NCBI GenBank assembly: GCA_040880485.1
Contig: JBBDIJ010000002.1
Span: 51,518 to 115,517 of the forward strand
Length of the DNA stretch: 64,000 bases
Origin: Balneolaceae bacterium
GTDB lineage: Bacteria > Bacteroidota > Rhodothermia > Balneolales > Balneolaceae
Direction of reading: 5' to 3'
This document shows, one piece after another, positions 20,472 to 29,919 of this stretch. Under the pieces are notes generated by a model, which searched no databases, was not told the origin of the DNA, and was given only the letters and a program-made list of their open reading frames with translations. Made by a program: the position numbers and the translations under genes. Numbering within the stretch: position 1 is the stretch's first letter; the number at the start of each line of letters is the position of its first letter.

Positions 20472-20825
20472 TTATCCGAAATTCCAGGTGACCCCGCGGC
20501 CCTTCTCCGGGTCGGGGAACTCCCAGCTCACCGCCCCCTGGTCGCAGACATACATACAGGTGCCACACTCGATACAGTCTTCTACCTGAAAATGGACGAC
20601 TCCATGGTCGTCGATGGTGTAGCAGTTGGCAGGACAGGTGGTGGTAGTGCCCCTGTGAGGGCAGGTGGAGTTACAGATGTCGGTGTTGACCTTAATGTGC
20701 GGCTTGAAATCACTTTTCGACTGATTCCGATAGCGCACCGTACCCAGGCGGCGGCTCAGTTCGGCCTGACTGTCGGATCTTTCACTGCTTTTTGGTTCGT
20801 TCCGGTTCACATCTATTCTACTCAT
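20472..20825 (-). CDS. fixX: FixX-type ferredoxin-like protein
   Basis: Cys clusters CPANCY and CIECGTCMYVC. 4-nt overlap with fixC. The N-terminal 20-25 residues may be over-extended. Confidence 0.7.
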   Translation of the reverse strand: MSRIDVNRNEPKSSERSDSQAELSRRLGTVRYRNQSKSDFKPHIKVNTDICNSTCPHRGTTTTCPANCYTIDDHGVVHFQVEDCIECGTCMYVCDQGAVSWEFPDPEKGRGVTWNFG

Positions 20826-22150
20826 AATGATCTCAACCCTTTTATCCCGACTTGTATCATCTCCCGCCAGGAGGCGTGTTCTTTCACAGATTCGGCAAAG
20901 AGCCTCCTCGCCTTTCGAGACGGTTCGTTACGAACAGAGAAGTATTTCTGGCCGAAGCTGCAGAGAAGTGGCGGAACCTTGCGGTAGAGAACCGGATCGT
21001 GTAGCAGCTCGACCGCACCCTGAAACCCGTTGATCTGTTTCATGACAAAGCTCTCGTCCAGTTTTTTCTGATACCCTTTCAGGACCGGCAGACCGAAGTC
21101 CTGCGCCTCATGGGCTTCAAGAATGGTCTCGGCCGCCAGCATGCCGGATCTCATCGCGAAGTCCATCCCCTGAATAGCTCTTCCGTTGTTCATGAGAAGG
21201 TGGGCTGCTTCACCGCATACCAGCAGGCCATCCATGCAGAGCTCTTTCGGAATCAGGTTTCGGTCTCCGGATGAGACTACATGGGAAGAGTACTCCACCG
21301 TTTCGCCGCCGGCAATCATATCGCGAATCACCGGATGCTCCTTGAATCGGGAAAGGATATCGTACGGTTTGTGGCCTTTTTCCCGCAAATCGTGCAGTCC
21401 AAGTACCAGGCCGATGGATACAGAGTCGCGGTTGGTGTACAGAAAACCGCCACCTTCTACACCCAGGGTCGAATCACCGACAAACTCGTACGTTACCCCG
21501 CTCTGCCCACGTAGCTGAAACCGGTTCTCCAGCACCTGGCGATCGAATCGTATAATCTCCTTGACCCCCGTCAGCATCGAGTCGTCCGGCACCCTGGAGT
21601 GCTGCAGGCCCACCTGGCGGGTGAGCAGATTATTCACTCCTTCGGCCAGAATGACAGATCGGGCCGGAAACGATTCGCCTCCGGCACGGATTCCAACGGC
21701 CCGGCCCTCTTCGATCAGGATCTCATCAACCAGTATACCCGTGGCAATCAGCGAACTGCCTGCGGCAGGGCCCTCTGAAATGGCCGCCTCCGTTTTTTCT
21801 GCCAGCCAGCGGTCGAAGCGGGAACGCAACACCGAAATCCCGGTCCAGGGTGGTGTGTCGAAACGTTCGGACTTGAAGTCCAGAGAGAATGCACTCTGGC
21901 TGTCCAGAAAGGAGAGCCTTCGGTGGTTGATGTAGCGTTCCCAGCCCGCCTCCTCTGTCTCGAATCCGGGCACCAGGCGGGAGAGATCCTCTCCCCAGAG
22001 GATACCACCCGAAACATTCTTTGCCCCCGGAAATTCCCCTCTCTCAACAAGCAGGAAGGAGAGGCCGCTGCGGGCCAGTGTCATTGCAGCCGAAAGCCCT
22101 GCCACACCCCCGCCTACAATAATACAGTCGAAAGTGTCATCCATCTCCAC
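20822..22150 (-). CDS. fixC: FAD-dependent electron-transfer-flavoprotein:quinone oxidoreductase FixC
   Basis: N-terminal dinucleotide fold DCIIVGGGVAGLSAA. About 440 aa, positioned between etfA and fixX. Confidence 0.8.
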   Translation of the reverse strand: MEMDDTFDCIIVGGGVAGLSAAMTLARSGLSFLLVERGEFPGAKNVSGGILWGEDLSRLVPGFETEEAGWERYINHRRLSFLDSQSAFSLDFKSERFDTPPWTGISVLRSRFDRWLAEKTEAAISEGPAAGSSLIATGILVDEILIEEGRAVGIRAGGESFPARSVILAEGVNNLLTRQVGLQHSRVPDDSMLTGVKEIIRFDRQVLENRFQLRGQSGVTYEFVGDSTLGVEGGGFLYTNRDSVSIGLVLGLHDLREKGHKPYDILSRFKEHPVIRDMIAGGETVEYSSHVVSSGDRNLIPKELCMDGLLVCGEAAHLLMNNGRAIQGMDFAMRSGMLAAETILEAHEAQDFGLPVLKGYQKKLDESFVMKQINGFQGAVELLHDPVLYRKVPPLLCSFGQKYFSVRNEPSRKARRLFAESVKEHASWREMIQVGIKGLRSL

Positions 22151-23129
22151 CTCGCTTTTTCAGCTCTTCAATGAGCAGTGGCAGGATCTTGTAGAGATCT
22201 CCGACCAGCCCTATATCGGCAATATCAAAAATAGGCGCATCGGGGTCTCTGTTAATAGCCACTATGAAATCACTGTTGATCATGCCGGCTACATGCTGAA
22301 TGGCCCCCGAAATCCCAACGGCAATGTAGAGTCGGGGGGAGACTACTTTTCCAGTCTGACCAATCTGAAGGGAGGGATCGAAGACGCCCGATTCAGTAAG
22401 GGCGCGTGAAGCCCCGATGGAGGCGTTCAGTAGTCCGGCCAGCTCTTCGATGAGTTGAACACCCTCCGGGTCCCGAACTCCCCTGCCGGCAGCAACGATT
22501 TTTTCAGCCTCGGCAAGGTTGGTTCTCTGTCCGTCGGGCATCAGCTGTTCCAGTAGCCGGGCGGTACGGTCACGATCGGGGTGCTTGACCTCGATGATCT
22601 CCGGTTCAGGCAGCGGGACCGGGCCTCCCGCCGGCGGGGCGGTGGAGGAGCCGGGCCGAACCGAGAGCAGCACCGGGGTCCCGTCAGCCGATACTCTGGC
22701 CAGAAAGCGGGATGCCATCACGGGACGCTTGCCCTCGGCACCCTCTTCTGTAAACGAATATGAAACGAGGTCGGGAAGTGCGGGTGCATCGAGTGCCGAA
22801 GCGAGGGCTCCGAGCATCTCGCGGCTGCTCTCGGAAGAGGGGAACACGGCGGCTTTCGGGGCAATCGTCCTCAGGGCCTGTTCAATCGCTTGCAAGTGGG
22901 GAGCGTTCAGTGGGCTCTCCAGGGCTTCCGATTGTACCCTCCAGATTCGGGACAGCCCCGCTCCCTCCAGCTTCTCTATTCTCTCTTTGCTTCCGGGGCC
23001 AATGACGAGCGCACCAGTTTGATAGCCGGCCTGCTGTGCCCGGGATTGGCACTCCCTGACCCATGAAAGAGTGGATGCCGAAATCTCTCCGTCCCGGCTG
23101 TCGAGACAAACCACAACCCATTCACTCAT
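22137..23129 (-). CDS. etfA: electron transfer flavoprotein alpha subunit
   Basis: C-terminal FAD-binding signature PRLYIAVGISGAIQHVAGM. Confidence 0.85.
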   Translation of the reverse strand: MSEWVVVCLDSRDGEISASTLSWVRECQSRAQQAGYQTGALVIGPGSKERIEKLEGAGLSRIWRVQSEALESPLNAPHLQAIEQALRTIAPKAAVFPSSESSREMLGALASALDAPALPDLVSYSFTEEGAEGKRPVMASRFLARVSADGTPVLLSVRPGSSTAPPAGGPVPLPEPEIIEVKHPDRDRTARLLEQLMPDGQRTNLAEAEKIVAAGRGVRDPEGVQLIEELAGLLNASIGASRALTESGVFDPSLQIGQTGKVVSPRLYIAVGISGAIQHVAGMINSDFIVAINRDPDAPIFDIADIGLVGDLYKILPLLIEELKKRGGDG

Positions 23130-23895
23130 TCAGATACTCCTCCGGCAGCAGCCGAAACATCTCCCGGACCAACTCTTCGGGTTCTCCTTCAAGTTTAACT
23201 CCCGCCTGCCGCCCCGGCTTCTCCTCTACGCTCCGGACCACAGTTCTGGCTTTCAGTTCTGCGGCCGACAGCCCGAGCTCCGATACTGGCGTGGTTTCCA
23301 GAGGCTTGCTCTTCGCTTGCATAATTCCTCTGAGCCCCGCAATACGCGGTTCGTTCATGTCGTTGGAGCAGGTGACCAGGCCGGGCGAGGGGAGGGCAAT
23401 GCGCTCTCTGCCCCGGTCGTCCTGCCGGGTAACTACCAACTCCTCCTCACTCCACTCCAGGGCTGTTGCATTCCCGACAAAAGGTACGCCAAGCTTCTGC
23501 GCGATCATGGCGCCCGCCAGGCCGGCGTCGCTGTCCTGAGACTGTTTTCCACAAAACACAAAGTCGAACTCCATCTTTTTAAGTGCTTCTGCCAGAAGGA
23601 TTGCAGAGTTGGCGGAGTCCATCTCGTCTGGAGAGATGTCTGTAACAATATGCAGGGCCCGATGAGCTCCCATCGCCAGTGCTTTGCGGATCGTTTCACT
23701 GGCCGATTCCGGCCCGGCAAGCAGCAGGCTAACTTCTCCGCCGTGCTTCTCCGTTAAAACAAGGGCCGCTTCCACTGCAGACGCATCGTATGCGTTAAGC
23801 ACCATCCGGCTCATATCCGGCTTCAACTCTCCACCTTCCAGTCGGGCAGGGGCTTCGATATCGGGTACCTGTTTGATGCAGACGACTATGTTCAT
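23122..23895 (-). CDS. etfB: electron transfer flavoprotein beta subunit
   Basis: The canonical N-terminus MNIVVCIKQVPD begins at the ATG at 23895. The 65 residues upstream in the ORF track are low-complexity and I did not accept them. Confidence 0.85.
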   Translation of the reverse strand: MNIVVCIKQVPDIEAPARLEGGELKPDMSRMVLNAYDASAVEAALVLTEKHGGEVSLLLAGPESASETIRKALAMGAHRALHIVTDISPDEMDSANSAILLAEALKKMEFDFVFCGKQSQDSDAGLAGAMIAQKLGVPFVGNATALEWSEEELVVTRQDDRGRERIALPSPGLVTCSNDMNEPRIAGLRGIMQAKSKPLETTPVSELGLSAAELKARTVVRSVEEKPGRQAGVKLEGEPEELVREMFRLLPEEYLNE

Positions 23896-24032
23896 TTTGT
23901 GAGGAGAAGGTGAAGCGTTTATTCGCCCTAATCTAATACAATTGGGAGGCAGGGTAAAGCGTCTAATGGGTGTCCGTTGTGAATCTGAATTCTGGTCACT
24001 ATCTTGCAAAAACCCTGATTTGCCAATCGCTG

Positions 24033-24950
24033 ATGTTCCGATTGAAACAATTTTTTCCTTTCGCCGCCCTCCTGTCTCTGCTCTGTTCATGTAATGTGTT
24101 CGAGGTAGATGACGGCCTAGTCTATCCGGACCGGATCGATCCGCTTAGCCTCTCCCAACTACAGGAGCTAAACAGCACGTTTCACGAGCTAAACGATGGA
24201 CACATCTGCTCTACACTCAATATCTATGGGCTTACCGGATTTAGCCGCATCCTCTTTCCGGAGAACGGCACACCCTGTGAGAACCGGCAGGTGGTTCGCA
24301 TAGAGATGAACCGCCCCGATACGCTGGCCCGCGCGGCGCGGGAGGCACTCTTGCTGAACCGGGATTTTACGGGTGTCCAGGACCCGTCCCGACTTCAGGT
24401 ACTCGCAATGGAGGATCTGAGGGGGTGTGTCATCTGTGAAGGGCCCGATATAGACAGCCGCGCCATTGAGTGGAAGGTGGTCTTTGAAGGCCAACAGGTG
24501 AACGGTTTACCGATTCACGATACACGAATCACAGTGGTGATGGACGCACACGGGGTGAACCGGATCTGGGGAAACTGGTACCCTGAGTTCTATGTGCCGG
24601 AGAATCCCAACTACGAGCTCTCCAGGGCGATGGATATGCTGGACGGCGAGACACTTCGATGGGCCGGAGATGAGGGTGAGGTTGTAATGTATGATGTCTC
24701 AAGAGAGGATCTCTCCTCGAACGGTACCCGAATGGTTGTTCCCTTTCGTACCGACAAAGACCGACTGGAGCTCCGTACCGGCTGGCTGATCCATGTAAAT
24801 CACGACGGCGGTTTGTCCAGCGGCCTGCGGGTGGTCGTGGACATGATGGATGGCCGCCTGCTGCTGGTCACTCCTCGAAGTGAGGGAGTAGAACCGGGCC
24901 TGCCTGACGATACGATCGCAACGGATGAGACCGAAATACTACCCCGGTAA
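24033..24950 (+). CDS. hypothetical lipoprotein
   Basis: An internal ATG gives MFRLKQFFPFAALLSLLCSCN (signal peptide plus lipobox Cys). No family recognised. Confidence 0.5.
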   Translation: MFRLKQFFPFAALLSLLCSCNVFEVDDGLVYPDRIDPLSLSQLQELNSTFHELNDGHICSTLNIYGLTGFSRILFPENGTPCENRQVVRIEMNRPDTLARAAREALLLNRDFTGVQDPSRLQVLAMEDLRGCVICEGPDIDSRAIEWKVVFEGQQVNGLPIHDTRITVVMDAHGVNRIWGNWYPEFYVPENPNYELSRAMDMLDGETLRWAGDEGEVVMYDVSREDLSSNGTRMVVPFRTDKDRLELRTGWLIHVNHDGGLSSGLRVVVDMMDGRLLLVTPRSEGVEPGLPDDTIATDETEILPR

Positions 24951-24974
24951 CGCTTCATGGTTTGATTCGGAAAC

Positions 24975-26243
24975 TTGTATATTGGGCGCTCTTGCAAGGA
25001 AATGAACGAGATGAAGCTTCCGGAACAGAATAGCATAGCCAACCGCCTCTCTATCGGCCTTACAGCACTGCTGGCCGGTACTCTCTTCTTTACGATGGTT
25101 CGGGATGCGGATCTCGGCGAGCGGGTGGTAGCGATGCGCTACTTTCTGTTCGGTATGGCCGGGCTGATCGCCTTTATTCTGCCCTATCTCTCCTTTCCCG
25201 ATCGCAAAACTGTCTGGATTCAACTCCTGAACCTCTCTCCCAACTCGATATGGCGCCACTATCTGAAGGGGCAGCGCATGGTGTGGGGAATCGGACTGGT
25301 TCCGGTAGTGGTCATCGCCCTGGGGGGCACAGAGTGGCCAGAAGGCGATCTGGCAGATCGGGGCTTGTTGCTTGTTTACGGCGTTTTGTTCCTGACTGGC
25401 CTGTGGCTCTACGCTTCAACCCGGTATCTGCAGGTGGGGGCCAGCTCTCAGGAGTGGCAGGAGGGGGAGAAGGGCAGGGAGGCACGTCAGTCTCTATCGG
25501 CCATAGCCAAGTACCCGGTGGACCCGGGCTCCATACCCAGCTTGCTGGTTTCGGGAAAGGTATCCGTTCTGGGGATGATGGGGGTGGTTTCAGGCGCCTT
25601 CCTCAACGCATTTTTCGGATTGGCCGGGGAAGCGGGGATCGCTCTGTTGATGGCACTGGCCGGCCTGGCCGCGGCTCGACTTCCGGCAAGGTCGGCTGAT
25701 CGTTTTTTCTATCGAACCCACGCTTTTTTCGGTGAGTTTTTCGGTAGCGGTTCCGATGCAGGCAGTGGACGGGAGCCTGTCCGGCCGCACCAGCTCTGGT
25801 GGATACCGGTGCGATGGACAGCACACAGCTGGGCGTTTACCCTGCAGCTCGATCGGAAAATACCGGCTGGCCGCTGGGTCGCTCTGGGGCACCTGTTCGT
25901 ATGGGTAGTGGCCTACCAGAGACCGGGTGAGGAGGCTATGTATATCCTGTGGCTGCTTTTCGCGCTCCTTCATCATACTCTGCTGCTCTTTACCGCCAAT
26001 GCATCGCTCGCTCCGGTCTGGTGGCTCAGACATCTTGACCGGCTCTCTGAATGGGTCTGGACCCGTTTCTGGGTTCAGGTTCGATGGCTGCTTCCCCTGC
26101 TTGCCAGCATGGCTCTCATGATGGGCCTTTTCGGCCTTTTCAGCTGGAGTATGATTTTTCAGGCAGGCCTCTTCTACCTCGGAACCGCCCTGCTTGCCGC
26201 GGTTCTGATTCACTTGAGACATGAACGACGCTGGATCTCCTGA
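24975..26243 (+). CDS. polytopic membrane protein, possible permease partner of the downstream ABC ATPase
   Basis: About 10 hydrophobic segments rich in Leu, Trp and Gly. The stop lies 1 nt before the ABC ATPase start. The start codon is uncertain. Confidence 0.5.
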   Translation: MYIGRSCKEMNEMKLPEQNSIANRLSIGLTALLAGTLFFTMVRDADLGERVVAMRYFLFGMAGLIAFILPYLSFPDRKTVWIQLLNLSPNSIWRHYLKGQRMVWGIGLVPVVVIALGGTEWPEGDLADRGLLLVYGVLFLTGLWLYASTRYLQVGASSQEWQEGEKGREARQSLSAIAKYPVDPGSIPSLLVSGKVSVLGMMGVVSGAFLNAFFGLAGEAGIALLMALAGLAAARLPARSADRFFYRTHAFFGEFFGSGSDAGSGREPVRPHQLWWIPVRWTAHSWAFTLQLDRKIPAGRWVALGHLFVWVVAYQRPGEEAMYILWLLFALLHHTLLLFTANASLAPVWWLRHLDRLSEWVWTRFWVQVRWLLPLLASMALMMGLFGLFSWSMIFQAGLFYLGTALLAAVLIHLRHERRWIS

Positions 26244-26244
26244 T

Positions 26245-26919
26245 ATGCAGAACAGAATGGATAAAGAACCCTCAATAGTGGTCGAATCGGTTACCAAGCA
26301 GTACACCGCCGGCAAACCGATATTCACCGAAATTTCCGAAGAGTTCCGGCCCGGGGAAGCGGTAGGCCTCACCGGGCCCAACGGCTCCGGAAAGACGACT
26401 TTTCTGAGGCTCCTGTCGGTGAATACGTTCCCGACATCGGGACAGGTTCTCTATGGCGGCCAGAATATTCATGAGAAGCCCTGGAACTATCTGCAGCATG
26501 TGGGGCTGGTTCACGACGAGGAGAGCCTTCCCACCTATCTTACTGCTGTCGAGTTGCTGGAGTGGGTGCTCAGGGCGCGAAATGCATGGGATGAGAATTC
26601 AGAAGGGCGAATCAGCGAACTGTTTGACCGTCTGGAACTGGATGAATCTCGTACCGATCCGGTGGGAACCTACTCTACCGGCATGAAAAAAAAGGCACAG
26701 ATTGCAGCCGCACTGATCGCCCGGCCCAGAGTGCTTGTTCTGGATGAGCCGCTGAGGGGGTTGGATGTGACCGCGAGAAAGCGTGCTATCGAGCTCTTTT
26801 CCGAAGAAGTGAATCGGGGAGCTATCTTTCTTATGGCAAGCCATGCAGGGGAAGAGTTGGAGAGGCTGGCAGGTAGAATCATGAAGTTCCCGCTCGAACA
26901 GGAACCGGTTCCGGGCTGA
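26245..26919 (+). CDS. ABC transporter ATP-binding protein
   Basis: Walker A GPNGSGKTT, signature-like YSTGMKKK, Walker B VLVLDEP. Start chosen at the ATG at 26245, just after the upstream stop. Confidence 0.8.
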   Translation: MQNRMDKEPSIVVESVTKQYTAGKPIFTEISEEFRPGEAVGLTGPNGSGKTTFLRLLSVNTFPTSGQVLYGGQNIHEKPWNYLQHVGLVHDEESLPTYLTAVELLEWVLRARNAWDENSEGRISELFDRLELDESRTDPVGTYSTGMKKKAQIAAALIARPRVLVLDEPLRGLDVTARKRAIELFSEEVNRGAIFLMASHAGEELERLAGRIMKFPLEQEPVPG

Positions 26920-26990
26920 ACGGGTTATAACCGGCAGGATCCATTTTGTCATGGACTGAACCGATCCGCCAGACCTGTATGTATGCGTCG

Positions 26991-27944
26991 TCACTCCTTT
27001 TTCTCGCCTTGTTGCTCTTCGGTTTCGGAGGGTTCTTCTTCCGATACGACTGCACGGATTTTTTCTCTGAGCACGACAAAACTGTAGGGGAGTATGGTTC
27101 CGCCATACCGGTCGGTATAGACCTGCGTGAAGACTGCACCTAACAGGATGGTAAGTACGTTATAGTAGACCCAGATGATAAAGATGACCAGGGTGCCGGC
27201 TGCCTTGTAGGTGGCCTGAAGTCCGGTGGTGGAGAGATAGAAGCCAATCAGATATTTACCCAGCAGGAAGAGGAGGGTGGTAACGGTGGCTCCCACAAAT
27301 ATATGCTTCCAGGAGACGTTGACGTCGGGAAGGATTCTGAAAATGAGGGCAAAGAAGGTGATTGCAAAGCCCAGGGTGGTGATTTGGGTCAGTATCCGGT
27401 AGAAGTCGACCTGAATAAACGGAACCAGATCGAAGATCAGTGCAGCCAACAATGCAATCATCGCTTCCGCAATCAATGAGGAGAGAAGCAGAAGGCTTAT
27501 CACGATGACCATCCCGAATGAGAGGAGCCGGTTCAGCAGGAATTTCCAGACAGAGCTGATTTTTACCTCTGTGACGTTCCAGATGCTGTTCAGGCTTAAT
27601 TTGAGCTGGTTTATTACGGTGGTGGCTCCGAATATGATGATAAGTGTTGCGAAGATGGTGGTAACGATGCTACCGGACTGCAACGAGTGTTCGTTCAGAA
27701 ACTGCATCAGGTTTTCTGCCATGTCGCCGCCCAGCAGCTCTTTGATCTGCTCTTTGATCTGTTCGGAGAGAACCTCCTCGCTTATAAAGATGCCGGACAG
27801 GGCTACAATGATGAGAAAGATGGGAGCGATAGAGAATATGGTGTAGAAGGCGATGGCCGCTCCCATCGTCATAATATCGTCATCCAGAGCTTTGTTCAGG
27901 GTATCCAGAATGAGGTGTCCGATCTGTTTGGCCAGATTGATCAT
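26991..27944 (-). CDS. YihY/BrkB-family membrane protein
   Basis: About 6 TM segments and an N-terminal DDIMTMGAAIAFYTIFSIAP motif typical of the YihY family. Confidence 0.75.
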   Translation of the reverse strand: MINLAKQIGHLILDTLNKALDDDIMTMGAAIAFYTIFSIAPIFLIIVALSGIFISEEVLSEQIKEQIKELLGGDMAENLMQFLNEHSLQSGSIVTTIFATLIIIFGATTVINQLKLSLNSIWNVTEVKISSVWKFLLNRLLSFGMVIVISLLLLSSLIAEAMIALLAALIFDLVPFIQVDFYRILTQITTLGFAITFFALIFRILPDVNVSWKHIFVGATVTTLLFLLGKYLIGFYLSTTGLQATYKAAGTLVIFIIWVYYNVLTILLGAVFTQVYTDRYGGTILPYSFVVLREKIRAVVSEEEPSETEEQQGEKKE

Positions 27945-29113
27945 TCTTTGATGCCGAGTTCTCTCTTCAGGCTCCCGAGCACGGTTTCCACCTCTTCAGG
28001 GGTGTTGTAGAAGTGGGGCGATATGCGAAGCATTCCCTCCCTGTCCGAGATGGCAATCTTCTGCTTTTGAAGAGCAGCCGTTATAGAGGAAGCTTCTTTA
28101 CCGGCAGGGGGAGTGAACGTCACGATGCCTCCCCTCTGGCCGGGGTCCAGAGGCGTGGCCAGACGGCACTCGTTCCAGCTCTCAATGGTTTCGGTAAGAG
28201 TCCGCGTGAGCGACGAAATGTGCTGTTCGATTTTCAGGTAACCGGCGTTGGACAGCGTTTTGAGGGACCGGTTCAACCCGATGATTCCGATGATGCCGGG
28301 TGTGCCCGTTTCCAGGCGCCGGGCGGTGTCGAGCCAGGGCTGTTCGTACAGATGCATCTTCAGGGGGTCTTCAACCGAGAGCCAGCCCGTCCGGGGAGGG
28401 TCGAACTGATCTTTCAATTGGTCGGACAGATATAGAAAACCGGCTCCCATGGGGGCCATAAGCCACTTGTGACCGCCCGTGGCTACGGCATCGATCCGGG
28501 CGCTTTGAACGTCGATGGCGCCGGCGCCCAGATGCTGGATCGCATCAACGACAAAGAGGATATTGTGTTCGCTGCAGAACTGCCCAATCGCTTTCAGGTC
28601 GGCCCGATGGCCGGTCTGGTACTGCACAGCACTGATGCTGAGCAGGCGGGTGGAGGGGGTGATCGCCTTCACCAGGTCCTCTGTTTCTATGCGTCCATTC
28701 CTGTTTTTTAAAATTCTTAGAGTAACCCCCCGCCTCTCCAGTGCACGCCAGGGCTGGATGTTCGCGGGGAACTCCAGATTGTTGAGCAGGATCTCGTCTC
28801 CCTTGTTCCAGCGTATCCCTTCTGCAATAATATTGAGGCCGTCGGATGTGTTGCGGGTAAAGGCGATCTGGTCGGTAGAGGGAGCTCCTATGAGCCCGGC
28901 AATCCGGCCGCGGCACTCGGCGATGGCCTGCTGCGAGCCCTCGAAGAGGTTGAACGGACCACGGTTTCGTACTCTCAGATGACGGTGGATCTCGTTGCAA
29001 ACCGTGCTGGAGAGAGGGCTCACGGCTGCATGGTTCATCCAGATCACACCCTCCCTGGTGTGTGGAAAGTCCTCTCTCAAAATGCCGAGGTGCGGGGCAA
29101 GGGGAGATGTCAT
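27941..29113 (-). CDS. class V aminotransferase / cysteine-desulfurase-like PLP enzyme
   Basis: PLP-lysine context ATGGHKWLMAP, about 390 aa. 4-nt overlap with the yihY-like gene. Confidence 0.8.
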   Translation of the reverse strand: MTSPLAPHLGILREDFPHTREGVIWMNHAAVSPLSSTVCNEIHRHLRVRNRGPFNLFEGSQQAIAECRGRIAGLIGAPSTDQIAFTRNTSDGLNIIAEGIRWNKGDEILLNNLEFPANIQPWRALERRGVTLRILKNRNGRIETEDLVKAITPSTRLLSISAVQYQTGHRADLKAIGQFCSEHNILFVVDAIQHLGAGAIDVQSARIDAVATGGHKWLMAPMGAGFLYLSDQLKDQFDPPRTGWLSVEDPLKMHLYEQPWLDTARRLETGTPGIIGIIGLNRSLKTLSNAGYLKIEQHISSLTRTLTETIESWNECRLATPLDPGQRGGIVTFTPPAGKEASSITAALQKQKIAISDREGMLRISPHFYNTPEEVETVLGSLKRELGIKE

Positions 29114-29161
29114 GAGTGCGATTCTGTAGGGTTGCGGGGTTTATAACGGGCGTGTCGTATG

Positions 29162-29740
29162 TTACTCTTCTGATTCGATATGGGCAACCCCGGCCGTAAC
29201 GGCGAACTTCATCACATCGGCCGGTGGAAGAACGAGCGGTCGTATCCGATCCCGGCTCACCAGAAACAGGTTTCCGGAGAAGTTGTAGGAGTGTGGGCAG
29301 TAGACTGCTACACGGTTTTCCAGTGAGAGGATGGAGAGGTCCTCCTCTGTGATAAATCCGATGCGATCCAGGCCCTCGGCCAGGGTAAAGAGAACCGGTT
29401 TGTTGAACTTTTTCTTATCACTCACAAAGGCAGCGGTAAGGTCCCGCAGGGCGTTGTAGAGAATTTTGATGAGTGGGGTGCGCGCCATCAACCGTTCCAT
29501 GAGGCTGAAGAGGGGCCGGGAGAATGCGCGTGAAACCAGAAAGCCGAGCAGTGTGATGAGGGTGATGGCGGTCAGGATTCCCAGGCCGGGGATCTGAACG
29601 GAGAGCCAGTTGAAGAGCAGCCGGTTGAAGAGGTCGTTCGCCCAGTCGATGAGTAGAAGAACGATGGCGAAGGTGGCGAATACAGGAAAGATAAAGAGGA
29701 GGCCTCGAAAGAAGAAGTTGAGCAGTTTCTTGAGAATCAT
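29162..29740 (-). CDS. DUF502-family membrane protein
   Basis: Two N-terminal TM helices followed by a PLIKILYNALRDL-type segment. I prefer the ATG at 29740 (MILKKLL...) over the track start at 29803. Confidence 0.6.
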   Translation of the reverse strand: MILKKLLNFFFRGLLFIFPVFATFAIVLLLIDWANDLFNRLLFNWLSVQIPGLGILTAITLITLLGFLVSRAFSRPLFSLMERLMARTPLIKILYNALRDLTAAFVSDKKKFNKPVLFTLAEGLDRIGFITEEDLSILSLENRVAVYCPHSYNFSGNLFLVSRDRIRPLVLPPADVMKFAVTAGVAHIESEE

Positions 29741-29919
29741 GGGTCCGAGAGTCAGGTTCAGGGTTTCGTATCGTGTTTGCGCCGTGGCGGTCAGGGTGTG
29801 CACAATATATGGTGTTCGTAATATACAGACAGCAGGGGAGAATCGGGGAAGAGCCGGATGAGGTTCATCCCGTTTTTTTCTATCTTCAGGGCTTCGTAAA
29901 AAGGCTCAAAAGAACTGTC

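Noticed and set aside
23896-24090. N-terminal extensions in the ORF track for etfB (to 24090), alaS (from 29773), hslV (to 60708), rng (to 62353), rplU (to 18102), the EVE protein (from 54030) and rfbD (from 51264)
   Set aside because: In each case a conserved family N-terminus begins at an internal start codon. The upstream residues are low-complexity or overlap the neighbouring gene.
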